Origin: a virus
Lineage: Duplodnaviria > Caudoviricetes
Strand: one strand, 5' to 3'
Length of the DNA: 64,000 nt
Virus record (IMG/VR): IMGVR_UViG_3300032132_000748
The translations under genes were made by a program, and so were the position numbers. Below, one piece after another: positions 1 to 10,136 of the stretch. How positions within the stretch are numbered: the first letter of the stretch is position 1; every line of letters begins with the position of its first letter. The notes under the pieces were generated by a model. It did no database searches. It was not told where the DNA came from and saw only the letters and a program-made list of their open reading frames with translations.

Positions 1-216
1 TGGATTCTAGATGAACCGTAGATCAACAGAAGAGATATACTTTCATATTATTATGACCTTCATAACCTTATTTGTTTTTTGGGCTACCTGGGACTACATG
101 CCTTGGTCTATGAAACTTAGAATTGATACCCTCGAAAATCGAATAACTGAGCTTGAGAATAAGTAGTTGATAGTTAGCATGGCTTTTATTATTTGCTAAC
201 ATATGATAGGTAATCT

Positions 217-1128
217 ATGAGCAATATCTATGCAAGTTCATTTATTGATGGACCCGAACTGAACCCAGAAAACTTATTAGAATCTTTTGAAAATTACGCA
301 GCTAATTTAGAAGAAATGGCTACTAAGTATAAAAAACTCGTTAAGTTCATTCGTACAAAGAAGATTAAAATCTTAGAGGCGCACGGGCACTCTCATGGAG
401 GGTTTTTCCAGGTGGACGAAATTGATACAAACAGGCTTAAAAAGGCCGGTTTCGTTATTGATTTTGCAGATGAGCTTGAAGATGATGATAATATGCCAAC
501 GTTTTACGTAGATTCTGAGCTTGAAGAGGAGATGAAGGATATAGCTGAAGAACTTGAAGCAGAATTTGAGTTCGAGGCTGACGAATCTGACGAAGAAATT
601 CATCCCCACAAAGCTGAAATAGAGGAGACCGAGCTTTTTGCCGGTATCCTAGAACCAGATTTTGAGATACCTAAGATTTTCGAAATGGAGATTAAAGGAA
701 AACTTGAGGATAAAGATACTTACTTTTCCTTAAAAGATGTTATAGCCGCTTTTAAGGAAGATGATGACCTAAAGGCAGGTCAGATTGGGGTTGAAATTAA
801 AAATGTTGACGGCGTTAAATTCGATTTTAATCTATCAATTGCAGATTTAAACAGAAATCCAACTCATGTTCAGTTTGACCGAGAAGAGTGTGTATTTAAA
901 TATCAATGCGGATCTTGCGATTCCTGGCATTTCGAATCCCTAGCCTCTGTGTATAAAAGCCTAAAAACAGCTAATGCTTTATTTAGTAATTTAATGGTTA
1001 TGACTAAAAGCTGTAAAGAAGTTTTAGTAGCTTTTGATTTTGTAGATCATGACTTACGATTGTTGCAATCATTATTACGCTTTGACTACGCTTTAGATGA
1101 CGATGATGATGATGATGATGAAGATTAA
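217..1128 (+). CDS. Highly acidic hypothetical protein with poly-Asp C-terminus
   Basis: 303-aa ORF, very rich in D/E, one CxxC motif (CGSC), ends DDDDDDDDED encoded by a (GAT)n run. Confidence 0.75.
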   Translation: MSNIYASSFIDGPELNPENLLESFENYAANLEEMATKYKKLVKFIRTKKIKILEAHGHSHGGFFQVDEIDTNRLKKAGFVIDFADELEDDDNMPTFYVDSELEEEMKDIAEELEAEFEFEADESDEEIHPHKAEIEETELFAGILEPDFEIPKIFEMEIKGKLEDKDTYFSLKDVIAAFKEDDDLKAGQIGVEIKNVDGVKFDFNLSIADLNRNPTHVQFDREECVFKYQCGSCDSWHFESLASVYKSLKTANALFSNLMVMTKSCKEVLVAFDFVDHDLRLLQSLLRFDYALDDDDDDDDED

Positions 1129-1170
1129 GATTAGGTTACTTCGACTTAATTCTAAATGGTATACTTAAGT

Positions 1171-1725
1171 ATGATTTGTAGCAAATGTGGTCACAGCGAT
1201 TCCCTCGCACTATTTACTTCAATCCTGTGCGTCAGCGACGCCTGTGAATTTTATGATGCGAGTTACGCCCTGGAGAAGGGGTATAAGCCCGAAGAAGAGA
1301 AGACACAAATTATCTGTCGTCCTCCAGACGCACTAGAGCTGGCCAGACCTGTCATTACCGTGGCTAATGATCGCTGTGCTAAATCTGGAAATTACTGCGG
1401 AACAGATACCTGGGCTATTGGTTACACCTGCAACTGTGATCCCTGCCAGAAATGGTTTCATTGCGATGACATCTTAACGGATAGATTAAGTTTCAGTAAA
1501 TACACTTACGATTTTGGCAGCACGTTCACTTGGTCAGTAAATGATATCCCCGTATGGCCTGGATCGGCAACCTGGTCATCTGATTGGATTTATTCTTCAG
1601 GCATCTCAGATTATTCGATTGCTCCCTATTACAATAATAATGAACTTGGAGTTACCGTTACCAGTTCAGTAGGAACCCTTGCAACGTTTAACGAATCTGT
1701 TTGCATAACCTTTAACATCATTTAA
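1171..1725 (+). CDS. Cys-rich hypothetical protein
   Basis: ORF 1156-1725; likely start is ATG 1171, just after TATACT (1160-1165); multiple CxxC motifs. Confidence 0.6.
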   Translation: MICSKCGHSDSLALFTSILCVSDACEFYDASYALEKGYKPEEEKTQIICRPPDALELARPVITVANDRCAKSGNYCGTDTWAIGYTCNCDPCQKWFHCDDILTDRLSFSKYTYDFGSTFTWSVNDIPVWPGSATWSSDWIYSSGISDYSIAPYYNNNELGVTVTSSVGTLATFNESVCITFNII

Positions 1726-1834
1726 CGATGTTGACCCACTCTTGCTAGAGTTATAATATTAGTAGATAAAGATTAAACCCTTGACAGAGGTGATGTAAAT
1801 CATGGCCTTGGTTTAGTTAGAATTGAAGGATATT

Positions 1835-3730
1835 ATGGGTTTATTAGACTACAATGAGGAAGAATCCTCAAAACCTTCTGTTGATTTACAGGAGGTCAAA
1901 AAGAAATTAGAAAGTGCGTCAATTATTGCGTGCGACTTAGAAACCACAGGTCTAGAGCTAGACGAGGATAGAATAACTATCGTCGCATTTGCGGCAGAGA
2001 TAGACGGCAAAGTCGAAGGATGGGCTATTGAAACCAGCGACTACCCTATTGAAACTATTCGTAAAGAGCTATTCGATATTTTCCACGATGAAACTAAAGT
2101 TTGTGTGTATCATAATGCCAACTTCGATATTAAATTTCTAAACAAATACGGAATATATACACACAACCGAATAGCCGATACCATGATTATGGCTTGGCTC
2201 AATGATGAGGATCGTCTTAGACATAGTTTGGGTAAAGATGGAACGGGCGGGGGTAAGCGTGGTTACGGTCTTAAGTGGTGTGCTCTTAAACACCTCAACT
2301 ATAAAATGTCCTCATACGACGAGGCCAGAAGCCTGTTTGGTGATTTTGAAGACTACGCGGCAGATGACGCGGTTCAAACATTAAAGCTGTTTTTTAGTTT
2401 CCGCGAAAAACTACGCAAGCTTAAGTTGATGGATTGGTTCTGGCAAGTTGAGATGCCAACGGTTCAGTGCTTGATCGAAGCTGAAACTCGCGGGGTGATG
2501 CTAGACAAAGCCCAGCTTAAGAAGATCAAAAGAGAGGCTTGGGAAACAGTAGACGGGCTAGAGGCTAGAATTTATGAGCTAGTGGGTTACAAATTCGATA
2601 TTGGCTCTCCCGCACAATGGGCAAAAATCCTCTTCGAGGATATGAAAATTGGTTGGATCAACGAAAAGGTTAATGAATTTACCGAGAGAGGTAAGAGCGG
2701 TCAGTGGTCTACCTCTAACGCTATTCTTAAGGCCGTTGTTCAGAAGGGTATAACTGTTAAGGCAGAAGACCCAAAACGAGCAAGTGATTTAGCTAGAACT
2801 TTATTGGAATTCCGAGAAATCAACACGCGATTGAACGTTTTCATTCGTCCTCTACTAGAACGTTGCCGAACAAACCCATATATTCATCCGCGATTCTTAA
2901 TCACCGGAACAGTGACCGGAAGGTTTGCAAGTCGTAACCCTAACTACCAAAACCTTCCAAGAAAGGGGGGAGTTAGAAAGTCCTTCGTAGCACGTCCCGG
3001 ATATAAGATAGTCAAAGCCGACTACGCACAGGCGGAACTTCGCTTGATGGCTCATATGTCCGGCGATGCTATTATGATCGACATCTACTCAAACGGCGGA
3101 GATATCCACCAAACAACGGCAGATGCCTGTAATGTGACAAGACAAGCAGCCAAGGCCATTAACTTCGGTCTTATTTATCGAATGAGTGCTAAGAGACTAC
3201 AGGCACAACTCGCTTTCCAGGGAATTGAATTCCAGCTAGAAGAATGTTATAAGTTCGTTCAAAGATACTTCCGAAAGTATAGAAAAGTTCGTCACTACCA
3301 TAAGAGAGTCGAGCAGACCGTTATGGATCGGCTTGATAAGAACGGACAGTATGGCTGGGTTAAAACTCTCGGAGGGCGCTACCGTAGACTTGACTCACAC
3401 ATGCTCAGTTCAGTCGAGTATGGCTACACAACAATTACCAAGGCGATAAATACCACCATTCAGGGAGGCGTCAGTGATCTAATTAAGATCGCCATGCGTG
3501 ACACCCAAAATACTTTCAAAAAGAATGGTTGGCTCGACCCAGAAAACGACGTTTGGGATGCTTACATTCAAGGTCAAGTTCATGACGAAATCTTCGTTGA
3601 ATGTAAAGAAGAGATTGCTGAAGAAGTAGCTAAGATCATCTCTTACCATATGGAAAATGCTGGAAGAAAGTATAAGATAAAAGTCCCTATGACAGCCGAG
3701 GCTGAAATAGTGGATAACCTTGCTAAGTAG
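1835..3730 (+). CDS. polA: Family A DNA polymerase (3'-5' exonuclease plus polymerase, no 5'-3' exonuclease)
   Basis: ExoI DLETTG, ExoII HNANFD, ExoIII YAADD, TGRFAS, motif A DYAQAELR, motif B RQAAKAINFGLIY, motif C VHDEI; ATG 1835 follows AAGGA. Confidence 0.95.
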   Translation: MGLLDYNEEESSKPSVDLQEVKKKLESASIIACDLETTGLELDEDRITIVAFAAEIDGKVEGWAIETSDYPIETIRKELFDIFHDETKVCVYHNANFDIKFLNKYGIYTHNRIADTMIMAWLNDEDRLRHSLGKDGTGGGKRGYGLKWCALKHLNYKMSSYDEARSLFGDFEDYAADDAVQTLKLFFSFREKLRKLKLMDWFWQVEMPTVQCLIEAETRGVMLDKAQLKKIKREAWETVDGLEARIYELVGYKFDIGSPAQWAKILFEDMKIGWINEKVNEFTERGKSGQWSTSNAILKAVVQKGITVKAEDPKRASDLARTLLEFREINTRLNVFIRPLLERCRTNPYIHPRFLITGTVTGRFASRNPNYQNLPRKGGVRKSFVARPGYKIVKADYAQAELRLMAHMSGDAIMIDIYSNGGDIHQTTADACNVTRQAAKAINFGLIYRMSAKRLQAQLAFQGIEFQLEECYKFVQRYFRKYRKVRHYHKRVEQTVMDRLDKNGQYGWVKTLGGRYRRLDSHMLSSVEYGYTTITKAINTTIQGGVSDLIKIAMRDTQNTFKKNGWLDPENDVWDAYIQGQVHDEIFVECKEEIAEEVAKIISYHMENAGRKYKIKVPMTAEAEIVDNLAK

Positions 3731-3737
3731 GTGCGGC

Positions 3738-4088
3738 ATGATGCCAAAAATAGGTAACAGTTACAATTTAAGCCTCCCAAAAATCATTAATGATGAAGGG
3801 CTATTAGCAGATCTTGATAACCAAGAACTGTGCCCTACGGATTTAGATCATCAAATCTGGGACTCATCAGTGACCGGAAAACCCGTTAAAGTTTATGACC
3901 TAATGGTAGGATTTCCCGAAGGGAGAGCTTATGCCCTAGTCAATTTTGACGAGCCTTGGCAAACCTTGTCTTCCTTCGATATCATGGTTCCCATACAGTG
4001 GCTATCTGAAATCCCTTCGCCCATCAAATTATGCTCTTGTGATATGGCTGTGATAATAGCCAGAGGATGTCAGTGTGGCGGATCGTAG
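3738..4088 (+). CDS. Hypothetical protein with C-terminal CxC-x7-GCxCGG motif
   Basis: Ends CSCDMAVIIARGCQCGGS. Confidence 0.7.
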   Translation: MMPKIGNSYNLSLPKIINDEGLLADLDNQELCPTDLDHQIWDSSVTGKPVKVYDLMVGFPEGRAYALVNFDEPWQTLSSFDIMVPIQWLSEIPSPIKLCSCDMAVIIARGCQCGGS

Positions 4089-4293
4089 AAATGCTGTTAT
4101 AGACTTTAAGGGAACAATATATGCCATATCTAAAGGTGTGGTATACCAATTTATTGAACATGATTGGCTTGTAATAGAAACTCTTCCAGAGGGACTTTTC
4201 GTTAAAAACAAAAATGAATTATGGCTAAAGACACCCTGTAACTGTGACACCAAAGTTCTTTTCGCCAAAGGCTGTCAGTGCAATGGATGTTGA
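4075..4293 (+). CDS. Hypothetical protein with C-terminal CxC-x7-GCxC motif
   Basis: Ends CNCDTKVLFAKGCQCNGC. Confidence 0.65.
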   Translation: MADRRNAVIDFKGTIYAISKGVVYQFIEHDWLVIETLPEGLFVKNKNELWLKTPCNCDTKVLFAKGCQCNGC

Positions 4294-4395
4294 GACCTAC
4301 TTCTGGTAAACTACATACTCATGTGTAACACAATGAGTCCCATCCCAGACGACTAAATATAGAATCTTCTTACTTGTTAGCAAGAAGGAGATTCT

Positions 4396-4632
4396 ATGTA
4401 CACAGATAAAAACGAATTCAAAAAAATTCTCTGCGAATTTTGCGCAGACCCGGCTAAAATCACAAAGAAAATAAAAGCACCATACTGGCCTTTTGAAACT
4501 ATATCACTGATAGCATATTGTTATGAGTGTTATCAAGAAATAGTAAAAGGCCAGCTACCAAACGTTACTGGTCCGACAACCCAGAGCCGACGAGGGTCTG
4601 GGATCAAAAAAAGAGAACGATTGAAGGATTGA
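4396..4632 (+). CDS. Small zinc-finger protein
   Basis: AGGAG Shine-Dalgarno site; CEFC...CYEC; basic tail. Confidence 0.65.
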   Translation: MYTDKNEFKKILCEFCADPAKITKKIKAPYWPFETISLIAYCYECYQEIVKGQLPNVTGPTTQSRRGSGIKKRERLKD

Positions 4633-4661
4633 TCATACTCATCACTATGATATAGTCTAGT

Positions 4662-5147
4662 ATGAGCGATTTTGATTATATCAACGTATGGGGGTCGGAA
4701 CTTCTAGCCTCTTTAAAAGAAGAGATAGTATCTTTCTGGATAGATAACAACGCTATGTCCGAAGGTGACGCTAGACAGCGGATAAGCCAGGTTGGTTTTG
4801 TAGCTAAGCATCGAGAAACTGACAAAGTAGCCGCTGTGCTATCTGTTTTTGAAACACTCAGCCCAAGAATTAAGAAAAACTTTTATGCCTATAGGATTTT
4901 TGTAGGTGAGCAGTTTCGAAAGCAGCACCTGGCAGGAAGAGTACTAAATCTGGCAAATGCTTTTTTCGAGCAACAATTCTTGTTAGGTAAAACCGAGAAT
5001 GTGGGATTACTGATTGTTTCTGAAAACAAACAATTTAATGCTTATAGAAATGAAGCTGTTTGGCCCGCAACTGGATTTACTTTTATAGGGTATACGCCCG
5101 ATGGCAGCCAAATTCGCTTAAAGTATTTTAGAGAAGCTAGAATTTAG
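4662..5147 (+). CDS. GNAT-like hypothetical protein
   Basis: FVGEQFRKQHLAG resembles the acetyl-CoA-binding motif A; upstream TTGATC-16-TATAGT promoter. Confidence 0.55.
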   Translation: MSDFDYINVWGSELLASLKEEIVSFWIDNNAMSEGDARQRISQVGFVAKHRETDKVAAVLSVFETLSPRIKKNFYAYRIFVGEQFRKQHLAGRVLNLANAFFEQQFLLGKTENVGLLIVSENKQFNAYRNEAVWPATGFTFIGYTPDGSQIRLKYFREARI

Positions 5148-6967
5148 TCTGACGCGTAGATTTCTACGAACTCAAAGCTGCAGCACCAGTGAATAGTGTT
5201 AGCTGCGGCCCCGGTAACTCTCAGTAATAGATCTGTCCCGGAAGAAGCTAAATCTACTCCCCAGGTCACCGCTGATGATTCGGCTTTTGTAAGGGAAATT
5301 GGGCTTCCTGTTAAAACCAAAGTGCCGTCATCATTGTATGCAATTGCTTGATCAAGAACGAAAGAGACGTTTTCTGTCCCAACAGTTTCACTCCTACCAA
5401 CAACATTGATATGCAAAGAATAAGCTCTGTCGTTTTCTGTGTTAAAAGTAAGGAGAGTCGTTTGGGTTGCGTCAGAGGTGGAGATGTATTTTATTATCTT
5501 ACTGCACTGGGCGCGTCCTGAGCCATCAGATCGGTTTGATCCCCAAGATTTTTGATCATCTCTAGCAGCGTTAGCATAATGACCCTGAGCAAATCCTCGG
5601 GCACCGTCTATTCGACATTCTCGACCCTGAGCAAATCCATAAGCGCCACTTACCACGTTATCTCTGCCTTGGGCAAAACCTCCGCTGACTTCAACAGCAT
5701 TGTCTTCTCCTTGGGCAAAAGCATTAGTAACGTAGTCACTCATACTATTGTCGTCTCCCTGTACTAGAGAGGAGTAAACCCCGTAACCAACGCTGTGATC
5801 ATTTCCTTGAATAAAACAGTAATTTACTGGAGATTCACCAGATTCGCCTATCGAATGTGACGTTCCTTGAATCAAGTTCGCATTACCGCCTTCTAAGTAG
5901 ATGTCAAAAGTATCACCCCCTTGAATTAAGTTGGCATACCCAATCTCACCTATATCAAAAATACTGCCCTGAACAAAGTTCGCAGTTCCTTCTTCATCAA
6001 TATCAATAAATTTACCTTGAATAAAGTTTGCATTATATCCAGTAGAAGTAATATCTGTTCCTTGAACAAAAAAGGAACTTACACTCCCACCAAGGGCAGT
6101 AATATCAATTTCAGCACCCATAGCAAAGGAGTTATCTATGTCTACTCCTAATACTACGTCATCTCCGTGAGCTATACTGTTTTCTCCGGCTACTGTGGGA
6201 GCGGTTGCTCCTTTACCTACGGCAGAGTCCGTCCCAGCAGCGTCAGTAAAGAAGCCAGCACCGCCGCCACCCCCACCACCTCCGGGACCCCCTAAATAGG
6301 AGAAGAAGGAGATACTGCCCGTAGTCCCTACTTCTAGGACCCGGCCTACAATACTAGATATAGTGCCTGCTGTGAGACTTAACATACCGGGAGTATCACT
6401 CAGATAAACACTACCGTTTTGGACAAAGGACGAAGTATCTGCTTCAAAACTCCCCTCAAGGAGAAGGGAGCCTGTTCCATCTATTTCTATATCCTCTTGA
6501 GCAACACCCAATACCACAGCGTTAACTTCAGTTGTCGCGTTTGCCAGAATTACTTCTGGAACCTGCAAGGTAGCGTCAAAACCCGACTGCCTTACAACCA
6601 TTCCTTTTGTAATAATAGACCCAGAATCATTTTTGACCGTAAGTATTTCTCTGTCAGTCAAGTATGAGGTAGATACCTCAAAAGCACTATTTAAGTCATC
6701 GTCACTGGCAAAGAATACCCCAGCTCCCTGTCCGTTGTGATATACAGAGTTTCTCGTATTTACAGGTTTGAGCCGGATAAAAGACAAAGAACCTAGTAAC
6801 GCATGGAACACTGATCCAGTAGAGAGAACTTCGCAAGGCTCTTCGAGAAGCTTACCCAAATTTTCTAGGGATTGCTTCAGAAGAGGTGTTATAGTTTGTT
6901 TTTTGAGAGTAGAGTAGTAAGTTTGATTAGGAATAACAAAATCGCCAGCGGAATAGTTAATAGTCAT
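5144..6967 (-). CDS. Probable virion fibre/adhesin protein with beta-solenoid repeats
   Basis: 607 aa; repeated (N/F)xxQG units about every 14 aa (YadA-head-like), poly-Gly linker, N-terminal 'GSVYLSDTPG' segment typical of phage fibre/decoration proteins. Confidence 0.6.
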   Translation of the reverse strand: MTINYSAGDFVIPNQTYYSTLKKQTITPLLKQSLENLGKLLEEPCEVLSTGSVFHALLGSLSFIRLKPVNTRNSVYHNGQGAGVFFASDDDLNSAFEVSTSYLTDREILTVKNDSGSIITKGMVVRQSGFDATLQVPEVILANATTEVNAVVLGVAQEDIEIDGTGSLLLEGSFEADTSSFVQNGSVYLSDTPGMLSLTAGTISSIVGRVLEVGTTGSISFFSYLGGPGGGGGGGGAGFFTDAAGTDSAVGKGATAPTVAGENSIAHGDDVVLGVDIDNSFAMGAEIDITALGGSVSSFFVQGTDITSTGYNANFIQGKFIDIDEEGTANFVQGSIFDIGEIGYANLIQGGDTFDIYLEGGNANLIQGTSHSIGESGESPVNYCFIQGNDHSVGYGVYSSLVQGDDNSMSDYVTNAFAQGEDNAVEVSGGFAQGRDNVVSGAYGFAQGRECRIDGARGFAQGHYANAARDDQKSWGSNRSDGSGRAQCSKIIKYISTSDATQTTLLTFNTENDRAYSLHINVVGRSETVGTENVSFVLDQAIAYNDDGTLVLTGSPISLTKAESSAVTWGVDLASSGTDLLLRVTGAAANTIHWCCSFEFVEIYASD

Positions 6968-7027
6968 GTCGCTATTTTAACAAATAAGCCCCTTGCAATA
7001 TAAAAGTATTATTATACATTGAGGTGA

Positions 7028-7678
7028 ATGACCATAACCTTACTACTCCTCTACAGCTTTCTTTGGTGGCAATTTCTAGTTATCACAACACTTAGCTCCG
7101 GGTATCATCGATATTTTTCTCACCAAAGTTTTGAGGCCCCTACTTGGTATGAATATTTGGTATTACTGCTGGGGCCACTAAGTGGCACAGGCCATGCTAT
7201 AGGGTGGGCCGGAGTGCATCGAATGCATCATGCCCACTCAGATACAGAACAAGATCCCCATAGCCCGATTTTCCAAAATTTTTGGAGAGTCCTAACTTCA
7301 ACGTTTACCGTAGATCATCTACCAAGCAAATACTTTAAAGACCTTTTTAAGAACAAAAGGGTTAAGTTTTTCTACAAATATCATATCCCTATTAGACTAA
7401 TAACCTTTGTGCTAGGTTTCCTACTGTTACCTCTATTTTGGTTTTTAGCACTAATTTGCCTACCCATGTTTTGGGGCCGTTTAAGCTTTGGAGTTGTTAA
7501 TACTATTGGTCACTGGTATGCTGAGCCCCGAGCTTCTTTGCTTGCTAATATTCTTTTAGGGGGTGAGGGAGATCATAAATATCATCATGAAAATCCAGGA
7601 AGCTTTAGAATCTCTAAATACTGGGACCCTGCTGGCTGGTTTATTAGTCTAATACGTTTAAAACCTCCCGTCATTTGA
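7028..7678 (+). CDS. Membrane fatty-acid desaturase (delta-9/OLE1-like)
   Basis: Three His boxes HRYFSH, HRMHH, HKYHH; DPHSP; WDPAGW; hydrophobic segments; GAGGTG Shine-Dalgarno site. Confidence 0.9.
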   Translation: MTITLLLLYSFLWWQFLVITTLSSGYHRYFSHQSFEAPTWYEYLVLLLGPLSGTGHAIGWAGVHRMHHAHSDTEQDPHSPIFQNFWRVLTSTFTVDHLPSKYFKDLFKNKRVKFFYKYHIPIRLITFVLGFLLLPLFWFLALICLPMFWGRLSFGVVNTIGHWYAEPRASLLANILLGGEGDHKYHHENPGSFRISKYWDPAGWFISLIRLKPPVI

Positions 7679-7690
7679 TACCATCATAGT

Positions 7691-7906
7691 ATGGTCTTAG
7701 GGATTATAGGAGATTGCATGCCACAGCCGTGGGATGCTAGAAAATGCAAATGCCTTTGTCACAAGATACCAAAGATGAAGTTCTTTGAATCCCTGGCAAA
7801 GACATTTACTGAAGGATGTTGTGACTGTGAGAGGTGCAAAACCTGTGGCCGACACTTCAGCAAAAAATTATATGCACATGAGATATGGTGCGGAGCTATT
7901 CAATGA
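7691..7906 (+). CDS. Small Cys-rich protein
   Basis: CKCLCH, CCDCERCKTC. Confidence 0.5.
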   Translation: MVLGIIGDCMPQPWDARKCKCLCHKIPKMKFFESLAKTFTEGCCDCERCKTCGRHFSKKLYAHEIWCGAIQ

Positions 7907-8053
7907 TGTTATTTATTTTTGGAACCCTAGTAGGTATGTTTATTTGTTTACTGATCCCCCCTCACGAATTATTTAAGAAACTTGTTGTATTTTCTTTACG
8001 AACTTCTGAGAAGGTCAGTAAAAAGGCAGCAGAATTAGCAGAGAAAGAAAAAA

Positions 8054-8608
8054 GTGAGTAAAAGATGCTGCTCTAGTCCTATTTTAAGCGCAAGGGAGAT
8101 TCTTAAAAGGAATGATCGTCGAACATCAGTTGTTTATTTCTGTGATACATGTAAAACTCAATTTTTCGAACGGGTAAAAATACCCTCCCCACCACACCCA
8201 GAAGCATTACCTGGGAAAGAAGAGGCCGCCGAGAATCCTGTAATTGGAGACGAATGGCAGTGGAAATGCAAAAAAATATCTGTTATTGCAGTCACCAAGA
8301 AAAGCATAACTTGGAGAAAAGATAATAAAAAGGATAAAGGAGCTTGGGTTGTAGAGGGCAGAAATATTTTTAAAAACAGAGCACTTCAAACTTACTCTAG
8401 CCTACTTAAGCGAGGACCGGAAGTCATCCTTAAGTATAAACCTTCAAAACAGGTCCGATTGGAGAAAAAATCGTGGATTACTTGTCAGTGCGGCAAACGT
8501 GGTTTTTCTAGTAAAAAGCAAGTTCGGAACTCTACTCAAAAGCTAAATCACAATTATCGTATTTATAGATGTGAGCTTAGCTATACGTGGCACATCACTA
8601 AAAACTAG
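8054..8608 (+). CDS. Basic zinc-binding hypothetical protein
   Basis: CDTC, CQCGKRGF...YRCELSYTWHITK. Confidence 0.6.
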   Translation: MSKRCCSSPILSAREILKRNDRRTSVVYFCDTCKTQFFERVKIPSPPHPEALPGKEEAAENPVIGDEWQWKCKKISVIAVTKKSITWRKDNKKDKGAWVVEGRNIFKNRALQTYSSLLKRGPEVILKYKPSKQVRLEKKSWITCQCGKRGFSSKKQVRNSTQKLNHNYRIYRCELSYTWHITKN

Positions 8609-8640
8609 TTCGAACAAGTGTCTTTAGGTATAATATTTGT

Positions 8641-10068
8641 ATGTCTGATGCTAGATTTAGAGAGATAGAAAGACGCTGGAAAGCAGAACCTAGCCCCGAG
8701 TTAGCGATGCAATACCTGCAGGAAATAGTTCGAGCAGATCGAGGAGTAGACTTACTTGATATCCCAGGCTATATACTTGCTCAAAAAGAGATAAACCGAT
8801 ATCTAGAAGATATGAAGCGCGTCCGGTTTGCAGGAAGATCGTTTCCTGGTGTAGTGATGAACTTGCTGAACGAAAGACAGCGTGCCTTTGATGCTGGCTC
8901 TTCGATGGCCATCGCCTACGGTTTGGTGAATGCACCCCTTGATATTATCACCTATGCAGAGGAAAACTACGGGTCAGACGATGAAAGACGCACTAATATC
9001 ATTCAACAGTGGTCATTACATAATGCTCTTGAAATAGCGCTCCCAGAACCTGATCTCTCTTTTGAGATTGAATATGAGATAATAGCTCTTTATTGGGTTG
9101 CTCAAGGAGCCCCTATTCGTTCAGGATCTCTCAGTAACGCCCTCACAGAAGAGGGCAGAGAAGAAACCGAAGAGGGGGTTGAGTATAAATTACAGGCAAA
9201 CACCAAGGAACCTTATTTATTTGCCGTAATACGCACTAGCCACACCACAGAAATCACTGATGAGCTTCAAGACACCACCGAAGAGATTGATACAAATCGC
9301 TACTATTCCGTGTATTACAGACTGCGAGGAGAGAAGAAAACTATGTATCGCAGACCGTTGCCGGAAGAACTGGACTGGACAGTGATTCCTAGGTCAGGTT
9401 ATATTTATGATGGAATTTCCCCAAACCACCTTGGAGTAGAATTCAACCACGGAAATCAAATTTATAGGCTATTCGGCGACCTGAACAAAGAAAGAGACGA
9501 TGCCGAATGTACACAAGACGAAATAAACTCTGCTATGGAAAATGTAGATCGCTACAGAGAGTCAATATCTCAGACCATTGATCAAACATTCATAGATGTT
9601 CATGAAGAACGAGGCTTTGCCTCAGTAACCTTATTTGATCGATTTACGGACTCTCCAATAATTGATTGGCATGATCAGGCTGTATTCGAACTAATCGATG
9701 ATGGGTTTTTTCACGGACCTTTCAATGCCAATACCAGAGGCGAGTTTCACCAATCTGTTTACGAATATGCAGAAAGTCACGGACTGTTGCCCTGGCAAGG
9801 TAGTGAGGGTGAAACAGGGCACATGAGAAACCCCACAGAGCACGCAAGGTCCTGGCATATCTCTATAGGCCCTGCCCCGTTTAAAAAGACTACCATAGCT
9901 GCCTTCGGAACATTTGAGGCGTTGAGCAAAGCCGCCCTTCATTTTGGGGTCTCTTATGATAGAGAAGACGTAGAATATGGGGTAGAAGAAGAAACTAGAG
10001 CCCCTATGCTAACTGTTCAAACTCATGATGGGCGGTGGCTTCAGATCTGGCAGAATATCCAAAGATGA
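8641..10068 (+). CDS. Hypothetical protein with N-terminal 'D-x-x-(F/L)R-x-(I/L)ERR' motif
   Basis: 475-aa ORF; TATAAT-N6-ATG start. Confidence 0.75.
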   Translation: MSDARFREIERRWKAEPSPELAMQYLQEIVRADRGVDLLDIPGYILAQKEINRYLEDMKRVRFAGRSFPGVVMNLLNERQRAFDAGSSMAIAYGLVNAPLDIITYAEENYGSDDERRTNIIQQWSLHNALEIALPEPDLSFEIEYEIIALYWVAQGAPIRSGSLSNALTEEGREETEEGVEYKLQANTKEPYLFAVIRTSHTTEITDELQDTTEEIDTNRYYSVYYRLRGEKKTMYRRPLPEELDWTVIPRSGYIYDGISPNHLGVEFNHGNQIYRLFGDLNKERDDAECTQDEINSAMENVDRYRESISQTIDQTFIDVHEERGFASVTLFDRFTDSPIIDWHDQAVFELIDDGFFHGPFNANTRGEFHQSVYEYAESHGLLPWQGSEGETGHMRNPTEHARSWHISIGPAPFKKTTIAAFGTFEALSKAALHFGVSYDREDVEYGVEEETRAPMLTVQTHDGRWLQIWQNIQR

Positions 10069-10136
10069 GAGTACAAGAAAGAAGCTCGCCACGAATGACG
10101 AGCTTCTTCCAGAGCAGAACAGAGAAGAAAAGACAG

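Noticed and set aside
1096-1125. (GAT)n microsatellite
   Set aside because: It simply encodes the poly-Asp protein tail.
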